Shown in pieces: positions 11,718 to 24,410 of a stretch of DNA of 64,000 nt. Made by a program: the position numbers and the translations under genes. The stretch comes from Scyliorhinus canicula. Its lineage: Eukaryota. The stretch covers positions 58,478,325 to 58,542,324 of the forward strand of contig NC_052157.1 of assembly GCF_902713615.1 (NCBI RefSeq). The letters are read 5' to 3'. How positions within the stretch are numbered: the stretch's first letter is position 1; every line of letters starts with the position of its first letter. The notes under the pieces are model-generated. The model was not told where the DNA came from and ran no database searches. It was given only the letters and a program-made list of their open reading frames with translations.

Positions 11718-12215
11718 AGTGGAACCTGGAACCAGAGATTCTCCTTCTCCTCCTCAGCAGGCTGAAACTCTTCCTGGTCCATGGTGCTTCCATGTCCTGC
11801 TGTGTGGACACATCATAACCAAGGCATTGCCTCACTGTGTGCAGCCAACATGGTCGAATAGCAATGAACAGAAATGTGACGTCACCGAACTTTGTTATCA
11901 GAGCAGAATGTGCTTTCTGAATGCTGCACCTTTTTCATGCTGTATTAGATTGTAAGAAGCATTTGGGTAATGAACAATATTACATTATTAATACGAATGA
12001 TTAAAATGTTCAGGCTGTTCTCTGAATGTTTACATATTAAACTTCTTATTTTGTTGCAGATTTCTTGGTTCAAATTTCTTCCTTCCTGTTGTCATATTTT
12101 CCGCATCATGTCACTTCCTGCGCCAACTGTTACAAGGGAATGTCGCATGGAAACATTTTACGTTGTCATTTCACCCTCCTGACAGTGGTGGTGCTGCATT
12201 ACCATAACTTTCCCA
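11718..12215 (+). other. Candidate terminal/3'UTR exon of gene A, paralogous to the gene B 3'UTR
   Basis: Acceptor tgtacag at 11717. gccaacatggtcgaatagcaa...tgctttctgaatgctgcacc matches 53063-53160; ATTAAA at 12000-12005. Confidence 0.55.
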
Positions 12216-12276
12216 CTCAGATACGAGAGGCGATATTCTACTTTTGGGGACGATGTCTCAAAGTACTGGAGAATTC

Positions 12277-12886
12277 GCTCAGTACCGACCCTCTGACAGT
12301 GCAGCACTCCCTCAGTACCGACCCTCTGACAGTGCAGCACTCCCTCAGTACTGACCCTCTGACAGTGCAGCACTCCCTCAGTGCTGACCCTCTGACAGTG
12401 CAGCGCTCCCTCAGTACTGACCCTCTGACAGTGCAGCACTCTCTCAGTACTGACCCTCTGACAGTGCAGCATTCCCTCAGTACTGACCCTCTGACAGTGC
12501 GGCACTCCCTCAGTACTGACCTTTTGACAGTGCAGCAATCCCTCAGTACTGACCCTCTGACAGTGCAGCACTCCCTCAGTACTGACCCTCTGACAGTGCA
12601 GCACTCCCTCAGTACTGACCCTCTGAAAGTGCAGCACTCCCTCAGTACTGACCCTCTGACAGTGCAGCAGTCCCTCAGTACTGACCCTCTGACAGTGCAG
12701 CACTCCCTCAGTACTGACCCTCTGACAGTGCAGCACTCCCTCAGTGCTGACCTTCTGACAGTGCAGCAATCCCTCAGTACTGACCTTCTGACAGTGCAGC
12801 AATCCCTCAGTACTGACCCTCTGACAGTGCAGCACTCCCTTAGTACTGACCCTCTGGCACTCCAGCACTCCCTCAGTACTGACAGT
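12277..12886. repeat. 33-bp minisatellite (cagtactgaccctctgacagtgcagcactccct)n
   Basis: About 18 tandem units; 11-aa period STDPLTVQHSL in the ORF track. Confidence 0.95.
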
Positions 12887-13085
12887 GCAGCAATTAGCAA
12901 TGGATAATAAATGCTGGCCTAACCAGTGATGTCCACATCCCATGAACGAACAGGAAAAAAACAAATCCCTCAATTGGACGAACAGTCGCCTGCACAGAGA
13001 ATTATAGGTTTACCCCTCAGCACTCATACATTTCACTGACTGTCAAGCTCTGGGGCATATCCTGAGGTTGTGGAAGAAAGATAAT

Positions 13086-13400
13086 GGGCCGGATTCTCTG
13101 TCGGCCGACTCCGGAACCGGGAAACCTGATTGAGCAGAGAATCGGTTTTGACTCCAAAATTGTGAAGGGTGCAGGTTTCGCAATTCTCCGGTGCCTCGAC
13201 AGCGTTGTCAACGCATTCCATTCCGCACGTATGCTGTTGGCATATCCCGGTAATGTCAGCGACCTCCGCACTGCTCCGCCTCCACTGGGGAGAATTCCCG
13301 ATGGCGAGGTTCACTTGTCCTTTTAAAAACTGTAAAACAGGCACCGTGCCTGCTGAGGGGGGAGAGAGAGACGACGCGGAAAGTGTCCAACATCGCCAAC
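13086..13400. mobile_element. Harbinger terminal fragment
   Basis: Begins gggccggattctc and is similar to 26760-27070 (ggcgaggttcac...ttaaaaa). Confidence 0.6.
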
Positions 13401-13429
13401 ATTTGCTAACAGTTGTGCCGCTGGATTCA

Positions 13430-13790
13430 TCAAGATATCTCTGAAATGCGGCTATCTTATCTGATCCCACAACCTCCCCTGGCAGCAAGTTCCAAGCACT
13501 GATCCTGTGGAACACCACTAGGCAAGCCTTATATTCAGAAAAGCACCCATCCACCGCTACCCTCTGTCATCTATGACTGAGCCAGTTCTGTATCCAGCTC
13601 ACCTCTGACCCCGTGTGACTTCACCTTTTGTGCCAGTCTGCCATCAGGGACCTTGTCAAAGGGTTTACTGAAGTCCATGTAGACAATATCGAATGCCCTT
13701 CCTTCATCAATCATCTTCGTCACTTCCTCAAAAAACGTGACAAAGTTATGAGTCAGGATCTCCCCTTCACTAAACAATGCTGCCTATTGT
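13430..13790 (-). mobile_element. CR1 RT fragment
   Basis: FFEEVTKMIDEGRAFDIVYMDFSKPFDKVP on the minus strand. Confidence 0.85.
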
Positions 13791-13797
13791 TAATAAT

Positions 13798-13923
13798 GAT
13801 GTGGAGATGCCAGCGTTGGACTGGGGTGAGCACAGTAAGAAGTCTTACAACACCAGGTTAAAGTCCAACAGGTTTGTTTCAAATCAATAGCTTTCGGAGC
13901 ACTGCTCCTTCCTCAGGTGAATA
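13798..13923 (-). mobile_element. Penelope-like element terminal fragment with a degenerate hammerhead motif
   Basis: Same sequence as the termini at 33008-33240, 36178-36300 and 51178-51302. Confidence 0.7.
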
Positions 13924-14264
13924 GACCTTTGTATTGAGCCTTTCATAGTGCAGCCCTTCTTAATCTTTGAAATCCTGTGGGTGCGATTTAAAGATTATTA
14001 CGAATGAACTAAATGGCAACAATGTCCCGAAAGACGTGCTGTTAGGTGAATTGGACATTCTGAATTCTCCCTCTGTGCACCCGAACACGCGCCAGAGGGT
14101 GGTGACTGGGGGCATCACAGTAACTTAATTGAAGTGTTAATGTAACCCTGCTTGTGACAATAATAATGATTATTATTATCCTTAGACAGGGCATGTGCGG
14201 CAGGCAAGCAGTAAATATATTGTATGACAACCAATAACCATGTCCTTTGAACCCGGTGCACCCC

Positions 14265-14700
14265 AGTCCTGCTGTATGAACACATCATAACCATGACCAC
14301 ATCATAATCATAATCATGACTGTCTCACTGTGTGCAGCCAACATAGTCGAATAGTAATGAGCAGGAATATGATGTTGCTGAGCTTTGTTATCAGATCTAA
14401 ATGAGTTTTCTGAATGTTGTATCTTGCTCATTTTCTGATGGATTGCAAGAAATGTTTGCATTTTGTATAATATTACGTTTATTAATGAAGGGAATTAAAA
14501 TGCTTCACTTAATCTGGACAGATATATTTGTGTTAAACATCTTATTCTGGGGCAAACTTCCTGCTCCAAACCATTAATTCATGTGATTGTATTTCCGCAC
14601 CAAATTCTGCAAATCACCAAGTCCACATTTATCAAGAAAATTTTCCATGTAAACATGTCACACTGTAGTTACACTTTCCTGCCAGTGGTGCTGCTGTAAC
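14265..14700 (+). other. Second paralog of the Siglec 3'UTR segment
   Basis: gtcctgctgtatgaacacatcataacc...ctcactgtgtgcagccaacatagtcgaatag aligns with 11795-12210; ATTAAA at 14494-14499. Confidence 0.55.
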
Positions 14701-15119
14701 CTCACCATTGTTGTTCTCAGGCTGCAGGATGTCTCTCAGTTGTGTTCACTTTATTATTAAGATACAAGGAATGGGGTCAATCTTCACACTGCGGTTATGA
14801 TGTTGTTGAGAAGAGAACTGTTGAAAGCTCCCCACCTCCCCAGAGTTGAGGGAAGAGACAGTGCAGCCCCCAAACTCACCCCCACCCCCTGTTCATTTTT
14901 TTCATCCCTGCTCTAACGTATTAAGCATGAAGATCGAGGCCCAGAGGACAACTGAGAAAGGGCTTGTCCATTGCAGCTGGAACAAATAACCCGGCAACTC
15001 TCACAGGATAGAATTGCGGAGTGAGGGAAGGAGGAACTGGGGTAAATATCCACCACCTCCCAACACCCCCATCACTGTCACTACTAAAAGAGAACGTCAG
15101 TCTCGAGACAGAGGCCAGA

Positions 15120-16420
15120 GTGTGACCATCTGAGACAAGCTGATGCTGAAACCAGCATCAAACAGTGTCCCAGCAAACAAGGTCAGAGTCGGGAAAAATG
15201 GGAAAAAGATAGAATTAAAGGTTCTTTATCTGAAAATAAACAAGAGAGAGTCTAACCATCTCTCTTTGACATTCATTGGCATGACCAACGCTGAATCCCC
15301 AATTATCAACATCCTGGAAGTTACCTTGGAGCAGAAACTGGACTGGACTAGTCGTAGAAATACTGTGACTACAACAACTGGTCAGAGGCTGGGAACCTTG
15401 CAGTGAAATGAAATGAAAATCGCTTATTGTCACGAGTAGGCTTCAATGAAGTTACTGTGAAAAGCCCCTAGTCGCCACATTCCGGCACCTGTCCGGGAAG
15501 GCTGGTATGGGAATCGAACCGTGCTGCTGGCTTGCTTTAAAAGCCAGCGATTTAGCCGAGTGAGCAAAACCAGCCCCTATGTGAGTAACTCACCTCCTGA
15601 CTCCACAGAGCCTGTCCGACATCAGCAAGGCACAAGTCAGGAGTGTGATGGAAAACCCCTCTCTTTCCTGGATAAGTGCAGCTCCAACAACACATAAGGA
15701 GTTCGACACCATCCAGGACATAGCAGCTCGCTGATTAGAACCCAAAACTCCATCATAAACATGCACTCCCTCCAGCAATCACGTAAATAAAGAAAGAAAT
15801 AATCTCTTTATTGTCACAAGTAGGCTTACATTAACACTGCAATGAAGTTACTGTGAAACTAGTCAAGGGCAGCAGTGTGTAGCATCTATAAGATGTGGCA
15901 CTGCAGCAACTCGACAAGGGCTCCTTTGACAGCCCCTATCAAACCCATGATTCCAACCATGAAAATCGCTTATTGTCACAAGTAGCCTTCAAATGAAGTT
16001 ACTGTGAAAAGCCCCTAGTCGCACATTCCGGCACCTGTTTGGGGACGTTGGTACGGGAATTGAACCGTGCTGCAGGCCTGCCCTGGTCTGCTTTAAAAGC
16101 CAGCTCTTTAGCCCTGTGCTAAACCAGCCCCTCCAGAAGGACCATCTAGAAGGACAAGGGAAAGCAGATTCCGGGAAACATCACCACCTTCAAGTTCCCC
16201 GACAATCACACACCACCCTGAGTTGGAAAAGTATTAGCCACTCTTCACTGTCACTGGATCAAAATCTTGCATTCCCTTCCTAACAGCACAGTGGGTGTAC
16301 CTACACCTTTGGGACTACAGTGGCTCAAGAAGACAGCTCACCACCACCTTCTGAAAAGTCAATTAGGGAAGGGCAATAAATGCTGGCCTAGCTAGCGACA
16401 CCCACATCCCACGAAAGAAT
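15120..16420 (+). mobile_element. LINE (CR1/L2 clade) 3' portion with nested antisense SINEs (15405-15578, 15960-16131)
   Basis: AESPIINILEVTLEQKLDWT RT C-terminus; tail gggcaataaatgctggcctagctagcgacacccacatccc. Confidence 0.7.
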
Positions 16421-16929
16421 TAATCTAAGCAAAAGAATTCTTGTAATAAAATGAATGGATTGATAGCACATTGAGACATAAATGGCTATGATAAGATCAA
16501 TACTGCAGGGAGTTGTTTGCAAGGTAGCCAAGGTTGGAAACTGAATAGTAAAGAATATTTTACATTTTGAAATGAGAGTAAAGAATGGACTTGAGATGGG
16601 GTAGCTTTGTTAAGAAAATATATCTGTAGAGTAGAGAGAAATGATCTTGGCTCAGAGGTAAAAATACACAATAGTTTGGGCGGAGATGAGAAATAACAAC
16701 TGGGGGTAGTGTTTAGGCTCCCTGAGAGTAGTTACACTAGAAGACAGAGTATAAATCAAGATATGATGAAGGTTGTGAGAAAGAGGTTACTAATCATGGG
16801 AGATTTTAATCATCATATACATTGACAAAATCATGTTCGCAAAGGTAGCCTTTGCCGAGTGCCGAGTGAGCTAAACCAGCCCCTGATTGGCTGTTGCAGG
16901 GAGCGAATTGCCTCAGGTGCAGTCACTGC

Positions 16930-19900
16930 GACTAGAAGGAGCTCTCAGTGAGGATAGACTGCAGGGAAATGTTGAGGCAAGTATCCTGCAGAGGGCGGCA
17001 GAGCGGCAACGCTGATTGGCTGTTGCGGGGAGTGAATTGTGGAAAGCTGCTGTCGGGTGAGTTTCTAGAATTAATATATTTCAGGCAGTGGCTAAACCCG
17101 AGACACTACAAATGTAGTGTCGCCCACCCACCCTCCTCCTCTAACCAAAAAAAAAGACTATGTGGTGAGTTGGTGAGATAAGCTTTTCTTTCCTTTTCCT
17201 CTCTCCATCCTTCCACCACCTCTAACCTGCGGGGAGTGTGAAAATCAGGTCAGCTTTTTTTTTCTCTCTGTAATTGTCAAGTGGATAAATGGAAGGGGTG
17301 GCAGAGAGGGCAGTGCAATGTTCCTCCTGTAGGATGTTCGAGGTGAGGGACACTGTCAGTGGCCTTGCTGAGTTCACCTGCGGGAAGTGCACCCATCGCC
17401 AGCTCCTCAAAGACCGTGTTAGGGAACTGGAGCTGGAGCTGGATGAACTGAGGATCATTCGGGAGGCAGACTCGGCTATAGATAGAAGCTACAGGGATGT
17501 AGTTGCTCCTAAGAATGGGGGTAGCTGGGTGATGTTTAAAAGAAGGGGGAAGAAGCAGTCAGTGCAGGGATCCCCTGCGGTTGTTCCCCTCAATAACAGG
17601 TATATCGTTTTGGATGTTGTTCGGAAGGGGGGGGACCATCCAGAGGTAAGCACAGTGACCAGGTCTCTGGCACTGAGTCTGTCCCTGTGACTCAGAGGGG
17701 AAGGGGGGAGAGCAGGGGAGCATTAGTTATTGGAGACTCGATAGTTAGAGGTACAGATAGGCGGTTCTGTGGGAACGATAGAGGCTCATGGTTGGTGTGT
17801 TGCCTCCCGAGTGCCAAGGTCCGTGACGTCTCTGATCGTGTTTTCAGGATCCTTAAGGGGGAGGGGGAGCAGCCTCAAGTTGTGGTACACATCGGTACCA
17901 ACGACATAGGTAGGAAAAGGGACGGAGATGTAAAACAGGAATTCAGGGAGCAAGGGCAGAAGCTGAGAGCCAGGACAGACCGTGTTGTCATCTCTGGTTT
18001 GCTGCCAGTGCCACGTGTTAGCGAGGTGAAGAACAGAGAGAGAGTGCAGTTAAACACGTGGCTACAGGGATGGTGTAGGAGGGAGGGTTTCAGTTATTTG
18101 GATAATTGGAGCACTGGGGAAGGTGCGACCTGTACAAGCAGGACGGGTTACACCTGAACCAGAGGGGCACCAATATCCTGGGAGGGAAATTTGCTCCAGA
18201 TCTTAGGGAGGGGGGGCGGGGGGGGGGGGTTTAAACTAATTTGACAGGGGGATGGGAAACTGATTTGTAGTCCAGGAGATAACGTTGCTGGAGTTCAGGA
18301 AGTTGAAGGTAGTGCAGTATTGAGGAAGGTACCAAGGTCACAAGAGTGGACCTGCAGGCATGACGGTGGTTTGAAGTGTGCCTACTTCAATGCGAGGAGC
18401 ATCAGGAATAAGGTTGGTGAGCTTGAAGCATGGATTGGTACCTGGGACTACGATGTTGTGGCCATTACGGAGACGTGGATAGAACAGGGGAAGGAATGGT
18501 TGTTGGAGGATCCGGGGTTTAGATGTTTCAGTAAGATTGGGGATGGTGGTAAAAAAGGTGGAGGAGTAGCATTGTTAATCAAGGATAGTATAATGGCTGC
18601 AGAAAGGCAGTTTTGGAGGATCTGTCTACTGAGGTAGTGTGGGCTGAAGTTAGAAATAGGAAAGGAGCAGTCACTTTGTTAGGAATTTTATATAGGACCC
18701 CAAACAGTAACAGAGATGTGGAGGAAAAGATTGCAATGCAGATTCTGGATAGGTGTGGTAGACACAGGGTAGTTGGTATGGGTGACTTTAACTTTCCAAA
18801 TATTGATTGGAACCACTACAATTTGAATAGTTTGGATGGGGCTGTTTTTATCCAGTGTGTTCAGGAGGGTTTCCTCACACAATATGTGGATAGACCGACA
18901 AGAGGCGGGGCCACATTGGATTTGGTACTGGGTAACGAACCGGGCCAAGTGTTAGATTTGGTTGTGGGAGAGCACTTTGGAGATAGTGACCACAATTCGA
19001 TGACTTTCACTATAACAATGAAGAGGCATAGGAACGTATGGCAGGGCAAGGGTTATAACTGTGGGAAGAGTAATTACGTTGCAATTAGGCAGGAATTGGG
19101 GAACATAAAAATGAAGCAGGAACTGTCAGGCATAGGCACAATTGAGATGTTCAAGGAGCAAATACTGCGAGTCCTTGATATGTATGCCCATGTCAGGCAG
19201 GGAGAAAATGGTCGAGTGAGGGAACCATGGTTTACAAAAGAGGTTGCATGTCTTGTCAAGAGGAAGTGTAGCCACCGAAGTTGGCCACTTCCCGACATAA
19301 AATGGAGAATTGAAATGCATGCAGGGAAAATTGGACAATTTCAGAAAGACAAGCAGGCTGCAGAATCTCTCAGTGTATTCTGCCTGCAAAGAAACCAGAC
19401 AGCATTGAAACTAACAAGTTTGCATACTAATTGAGCGATTCCTGGTGATTCCCGGGCACAATGGACACAATCGAGAATAACAAAGGTCAAGCTAGGCTCT
19501 TAGGCGCCAGCAGGAGTCCCGGACAATAAGTTACAAACAGCCCCAAGAACCGCCCAGCGATCGGGAAACAGCCCCAGTATTGGGGAATTCAAACCAATCG
19601 ATTGGTATGAGGTCCAATCAATTGCAAGCAGGTATCGGGTCCGCCCAGATGGGCGCGAAGCCCCTGTGACCTATAACGGACAGATCCCAAGTTCGCTCTC
19701 TCTCTTAGCCGGCCCACCCAGCAGAACACCTTTGCAGCAGCTCTCTAAGAACTTGAACGTGAGAAGCAGAGGCCTGGCCAACAGCTACATCGACAAGTAA
19801 GTGTCAACCAACGCTCGCTACGAGAATAGACACTCCTGACCCCTTAGCCCGCACCAACTGGGAAGCCTGCAGTCTCAGGACAGAACAAGAGGCCATTGTT

Positions 19901-22058
19901 CCCTGATCCAGTGTGTTCCCTTATCGAAGATAAGTATTGGCTTATAGTGGTAGGAATAGTTTAGTCCATTAGTATTAGTTGCATGAGTATCGATTTACTG
20001 TGTAATAATAAATGTGTTTGATTGAACCTTACTAACTGGTGTATTGAGTCATTGATCTGAACTTGAACTTGAACCTCGTGGCGGTATCATAAAGATACCT
20101 GGCGACTCTAGAGATAAAGAATAAAACAGAGCCAAGTGAGTGTTAAGCACACTCACCAGAACGAGCAACAGAAGAAGGGGGCTTATGTAAGGATGAGAAA
20201 ACAAGGTTCAGTTAGGGCACTTGAGGGATACAAGATAGCTAGGAAGGAGCTCAAGAAAGGGCTTAGGAGAGCTAGGAAGGGGCATGAGAAGTCCTTGGGA
20301 GGTAGGATCAAGGAAAACCCCAAGGCTTTTTACATTTATGTGAGGAATAAAAGAATGACCAAAGTGAAGTTAGGGCCGGTCAAGGACAGTAGTGGGAATG
20401 TGTGCATGGAGTCAGAAGATATAGGAGAGGTGTTGAATGAATACTTTTCTTCAGTGTTCACCATAGAGAGGGGCCATGTTGTTGAGGGGGATAGTGCAAC
20501 ACAGGCTGGTAGGCTGGAGGAGGTAGATATTCGGAAGGAAGATGTGTTAGAAGTTTTGAGAAGCCCGAGGATAGATAAGTCCCCTGGGCCTGATGGGATA
20601 TACCCTAGGATTCTTTGGGAAGTGAGGGATGAGATTGCAGAACCTTTGGCTTTGATCTTTATGTCCTCACTGTCTACAGGAATAGTGCCAGAAGACTGGA
20701 GAGAGGTGAATGTTGTCCCCTTGTTCAAGAAAGGGTACAGGTATAACCCTGGGAATTATAGGCCGGTTAATCTCACTTCGGTCATAGGTAAATTATTGGA
20801 AAAGGTCCTGAGGGTTAGGATTTATGATCATTTGGAAAGATACAGCTTAATCCAGGATAGTCAGCACGAATTTGTGAGGGGTAAGTTTTGCCTCCCAAGT
20901 TTGATTGTATTCTTTGAGGAGGTAACTAAGTACATAGATGAAGGTAGAGAAGTTGACGTCATATACATGGATTTTAGTAAGGCATTTGATAAGGTGCCCC
21001 ATGGTCGGCTCATGCAGAAAGTAAGGAGGCATGGCATAGAGGGGAATTTGGCCGATTGGATCAGTTACTGGCTATCGCACAGCAGACAGAGGGTGGTGGT
21101 GGATGGAAAATTTTCATCCTGGAGCCCAGTCACCAGCGGTGTACCACAGGGATCAATGCTGGGTCCTCTGCTATTGGTGATTTTTATCAATGTCTTGGAT
21201 GATGGAGTTGAAGGTTAGATTAGTAAATTTGCTGATGACACCAAGATTGGTGGAGTAGTGGATAATGTGGAGGGCTGTTGTAGGCTGCAAAGAGACATTG
21301 ATAGGATGCAGAGCTGGGATGAAATTGGCGGATGGAGTTTAACTCTGATAAGTGTGAGATGATTCATTTTGGTAGGACAAATTTGAATGCGGATTACAGG
21401 GTTAATGGTAGGGTTCTGAAGAATGTGGAGGAGCAGAGAGATCATGTCCAAAGATCTCTGAAAGTTGCCACCCAAGTGGATCGAGCTGTGAAGAAAGCTG
21501 CAACTGTACAAGACCTTGATTAGACCACATTTGGAGTATTGTGTGCAGTTCTGGTCACCTCATTATAGGAAGGATGTGGAAGCATTGGAAAGGGTGCAAA
21601 GGAGATTTACCAGGATGCTGCCTGAATTGGAGGGTAGGTCTTATGAGGAAAGGTTGAGGGAGCTATGGCTTTTCTCATTGGAGTGAAGGAGGATGAGAGG
21701 TGACTTAATTGAGGTGTATAAGATGATGAGAGGGATAGATAGATTGGACGTTCAGCGACTTTTTATTCGGGTGGATGTAGCTGTTCCAAGGGGGCACAAC
21801 CTTAAGGTTCATGGTGGAAGATATAGGAGGGATGTCAGAGGTAGGTTCTTTACTCAGAGAGTGGTTGGGGCATGGAACGTACTCCCAGCTATGGTAATGG
21901 AGTTGGACACTTTAGGAACTTTCAAGCGGTTATTGGATAGGCATATGGAGTGCACTAGAATGATTGGGAGTAGGTTGATTTGATCTTAGATCCAGGCTAA
22001 TTCGGCACAACAAAGTGGGCTGAAGGACCTGTACTGTGCTGTACAGTTCTATGTTCTA
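16930..22058 (+). mobile_element. Near full-length CR1 LINE (HER1-like): ORF1, APE endonuclease, RT; inactivated and interrupted by a solo LTR
   Basis: ORF1 17289-18157 has CxxC..CxxC, a coiled coil RVRELELELDEL and SGNH esterase motifs GDSIVR/HIGTND. EN 18320-19260 has YFNARSIRNK, GDFNFP and LDLVL. RT 20136-21980 has [10 protein letters not shown] and FADD. Tail ends gttctatgttcta. Confidence 0.95.
19267..20170 (+). mobile_element. Solo LTR (about 904 bp) inserted in CR1 ORF2
   Basis: TGTA...AACA ends and a 4-bp TSD GAAG (19263-66, 20171-74); removing it restores VKRKKGAY; AATAAA near 20007 and 20120. Confidence 0.85.
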
Positions 22059-22643
22059 AAAATTCTGAAGTGTCTTGGCAGGGTGGCTGCTGAGAGGATG
22101 TTTCCTCCGTGGGGGAATCTAGAACTAGGGGCTTCACAGTTTCAGACTGAGGCTTCTCCCATTTAGGAGAGCGATGAGGAGGATTTCTTTTTATCCCAGA
22201 GGGTTGTTAGTCTGTGGAATTATCTCTCACATAGAGCAGCAGAGGCTGTGGTTCACTGAGTATATTCAAGGCTGAGGTGGACCTTTGAGCGAGGCATGGG
22301 GGGGGGGCGGGGGGGGGGGCACAAAAGTGGACTAAAGGCCATAAGACCATAAGGCATAGGAGCAGAATTAGGCCACTCGGCCCATTGAGTCTGCTCCGCC
22401 ATTCAATCATGGCTGATATTTTCTCAACCCCATTCTCTTGCCTTCTCCCCATAACCCCTGATCCCCTTATTAATCAAGAGATCCCTTACTAATCAAGAAA
22501 GCTAGATTAGCCAGGATCTTCTCGAATAGCAGACTCAAGGGGCTGAATGGCCATCCCCTGACTCCATTATGTTGTTATATTATTACTGAGCCACAGAGTC
22601 TGCTGATAGGGCAAAGCAAAGAGCTGTTTTCTCACTTTGACCC

Positions 22644-22663
22644 AACTTCCTCATTTTGACTCA
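22644..22663 (+). promoter_or_regulatory. Candidate myeloid promoter of gene B: PU.1/ETS site abutting an AP-1 site
   Basis: aacttcctcattt (reverse AAATGAGGAAGTT) at 22644-22656, immediately followed by TGACTCA at 22657-22663, about 120 nt upstream of a strong donor. Confidence 0.5.
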
Positions 22664-22699
22664 CAGTCACACATCAACTCTTTCTGATTAAACACCCAG

Positions 22700-22784
22700 A
22701 GGGAGCAGCACAGGAAGAGCTCATTCAGCCCTTGAACAGCGAGTTGGCAGTTACTCCCCAGGCGAGCAGTCGGAGAGATCCTCG
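22700..22784 (+). other. Candidate non-coding first exon of gene B
   Basis: Donor ctcg/GTAAGT at 22785 lies upstream of the leader exon acceptor; the 5' boundary is unknown. Confidence 0.45.
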
Positions 22785-22943
22785 GTAAGTAAGGTAAAGT
22801 TTGGAATTGACTTCCACAGGCAGTATTGTTCTTTGTCGATGTTGTGAATTTATAAGACAAAATTCAAGAATTGATGCCTGTGAAAGATTCCTACTTACTA
22901 TTCAACTCTGAATGTGAAGCTTAACTCTGTCGTACAGAACATC

Positions 22944-23294
22944 TAGAACATAGAACAGTACAGCACAGAACAGGCCCTTCGGCCCTCAATGTTGTGCCGA
23001 GCCATGATCACCCTACTCAAACCCACGTATCCACCCTATACCCGTAACCCAACAACCCCCCCCCCCCCCCTTAACCTTACTTTTAATAGGACACTACGGG
23101 CAATTTAGCATGGCCAATCCACCTAACCCGCACATCTTTGGACTGTGGGAGGAAACCGGAGCACCCGGAGGAAACCCACGCACACAGGGGGAGGACGTGC
23201 AGACTCCACACAGACAGTGACCCAGCCGGGAATCGAACCTGGGACCCTGGAGCTGTGAAGCATTTATGCTAACCACCATGCTACCCTGCTGCCC
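22944..23294 (-). mobile_element. Young full-length V-SINE (HE1-like)
   Basis: Nearly identical to 31666-32018 and 58621-58960. Confidence 0.9.
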
Positions 23295-23574
23295 CTCTCT
23301 CGTTCAAGGGACGAGTGAAGTGAAGGTTCATGAACCTCGGGATGTCCTGAGGTGGAGAAAGGCGCTTTAGAAATGCTTGATTAATTTATTTCTTAAAGCA
23401 TTGTAACTCTCTACAAAGTACCTTCCCACACAGAATCAGATTAGTCTGTGAAGACATTGTCTAAAAGCAGTTCTGATCTCTCGAGAGCTGTCGGACATGA
23501 CGTGAGGCCTCATTAACTGCTTTCTCTTTCAGAGCTTGAGAGTGAGAAGCTGATGAAATATCTGGGAGTGGACA

Positions 23575-23614
23575 ATGCTTAAGAAATCTTACTTCCTCCT
23601 GTCACTTCTCCAAG
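23575..23614 (+). CDS. Gene B leader exon: MLKKSYFLLSLLQ (exon starts at 23533)
   Basis: Acceptor tttctctttcag at 23532, ATG at 23575, donor CAAG/gtaata in phase 1. Joined to the V exon it gives the signal peptide MLKKSYFLLSLLQVGLS-QEW. Confidence 0.85.
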
Positions 23615-23794
23615 GTAATACCATCGTCAGCTCGGACAGTTTATGGTTAATGTTTTTTTTTTGTAAAGCAACATTCTGACGGAGTTCTGATTAAAAGCCA
23701 GTGCTATCTGATATACACTGGCTCCCAGCTCGTCAGGGAATGAGTGCAGACATCTCAAAGGGTTGTACATAATGTAGGATGTCACAGGGATAGA

Positions 23795-23896
23795 GGGCTG
23801 GATCCTCCGGAGCCACCCCAAGCCACCTGGAAACCCATGCCCGGAGATGCTCTGCCGGTTGGAATAGAGAATCCCAACGGCTGGAGAATTCAGGCC
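23795..23896. mobile_element. Small Harbinger MITE
   Basis: TIRs gggctggatcctcc / ggagaattcaggcc; 3-bp TSD AGA. Confidence 0.65.
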
Positions 23897-23984
23897 AGAG
23901 AAGTTTTTTGGGGCTGGAGGAGAAGCTTAAAATGATGGTGTGACTGGAATTAGATCAGTCAGTGACAGGAGTTGATGAATTGAG

Positions 23985-24410
23985 TAGAGTAGCAGGGATA
24001 GAATGATCCCTGGAATGGAGAGCTTGTCATATGAGGAGCAGTTGAGGACTCTGGGTCTGACTCATTGGAGTGGACGTGGAGAGGCTGTTTCCACGAGTAG
24101 GAGAAACTAGAACCTGAGGGCACAGCCTCAGACTGAAGGGACGATCCTTTAAAACTGAGATGAGGAGGAATTTCTTCAGCCAGAGGGTAGAGAATCTATG
24201 GAACTCTTTGCCGCAGAAGGCTGTGGAGGCCAAATCACTGAGTGTGCGTAAGACAAAGATAGATAGGTTATTGATTAATCAGGGGATCAGGGGTTATGGA
24301 GAGAAGGCAGGAGAATGGGGATGAGAAGCTCATCAACCATGATTGAATGTCCGAGCAGACTCGATGGGCCAAATGGTCTAATCCTGTTCCTATGTCTTAT
24401 GGTCTTATGG
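23985..24410 (+). mobile_element. CR1 3' end
   Basis: gagcttgtcatatgaggag...ttcttcagccagagggt...cctatgtcttatggtcttatg tail. Confidence 0.8.

Noticed and set aside
12065-12973. Long ORFs (220-280 aa) on both strands
   Set aside because: They are translations of the 33-bp minisatellite, open in several frames, with no domain content.
20136-21218. 360-aa RT ORF as an active retrotransposase or host gene
   Set aside because: Part of a CR1 ORF2 broken by an LTR and by stops.
23094-23279. Recurrent 61-aa peptide (also at 31816, 55596, 58637) suggesting a small gene family
   Set aside because: Conceptual translation of SINE copies.
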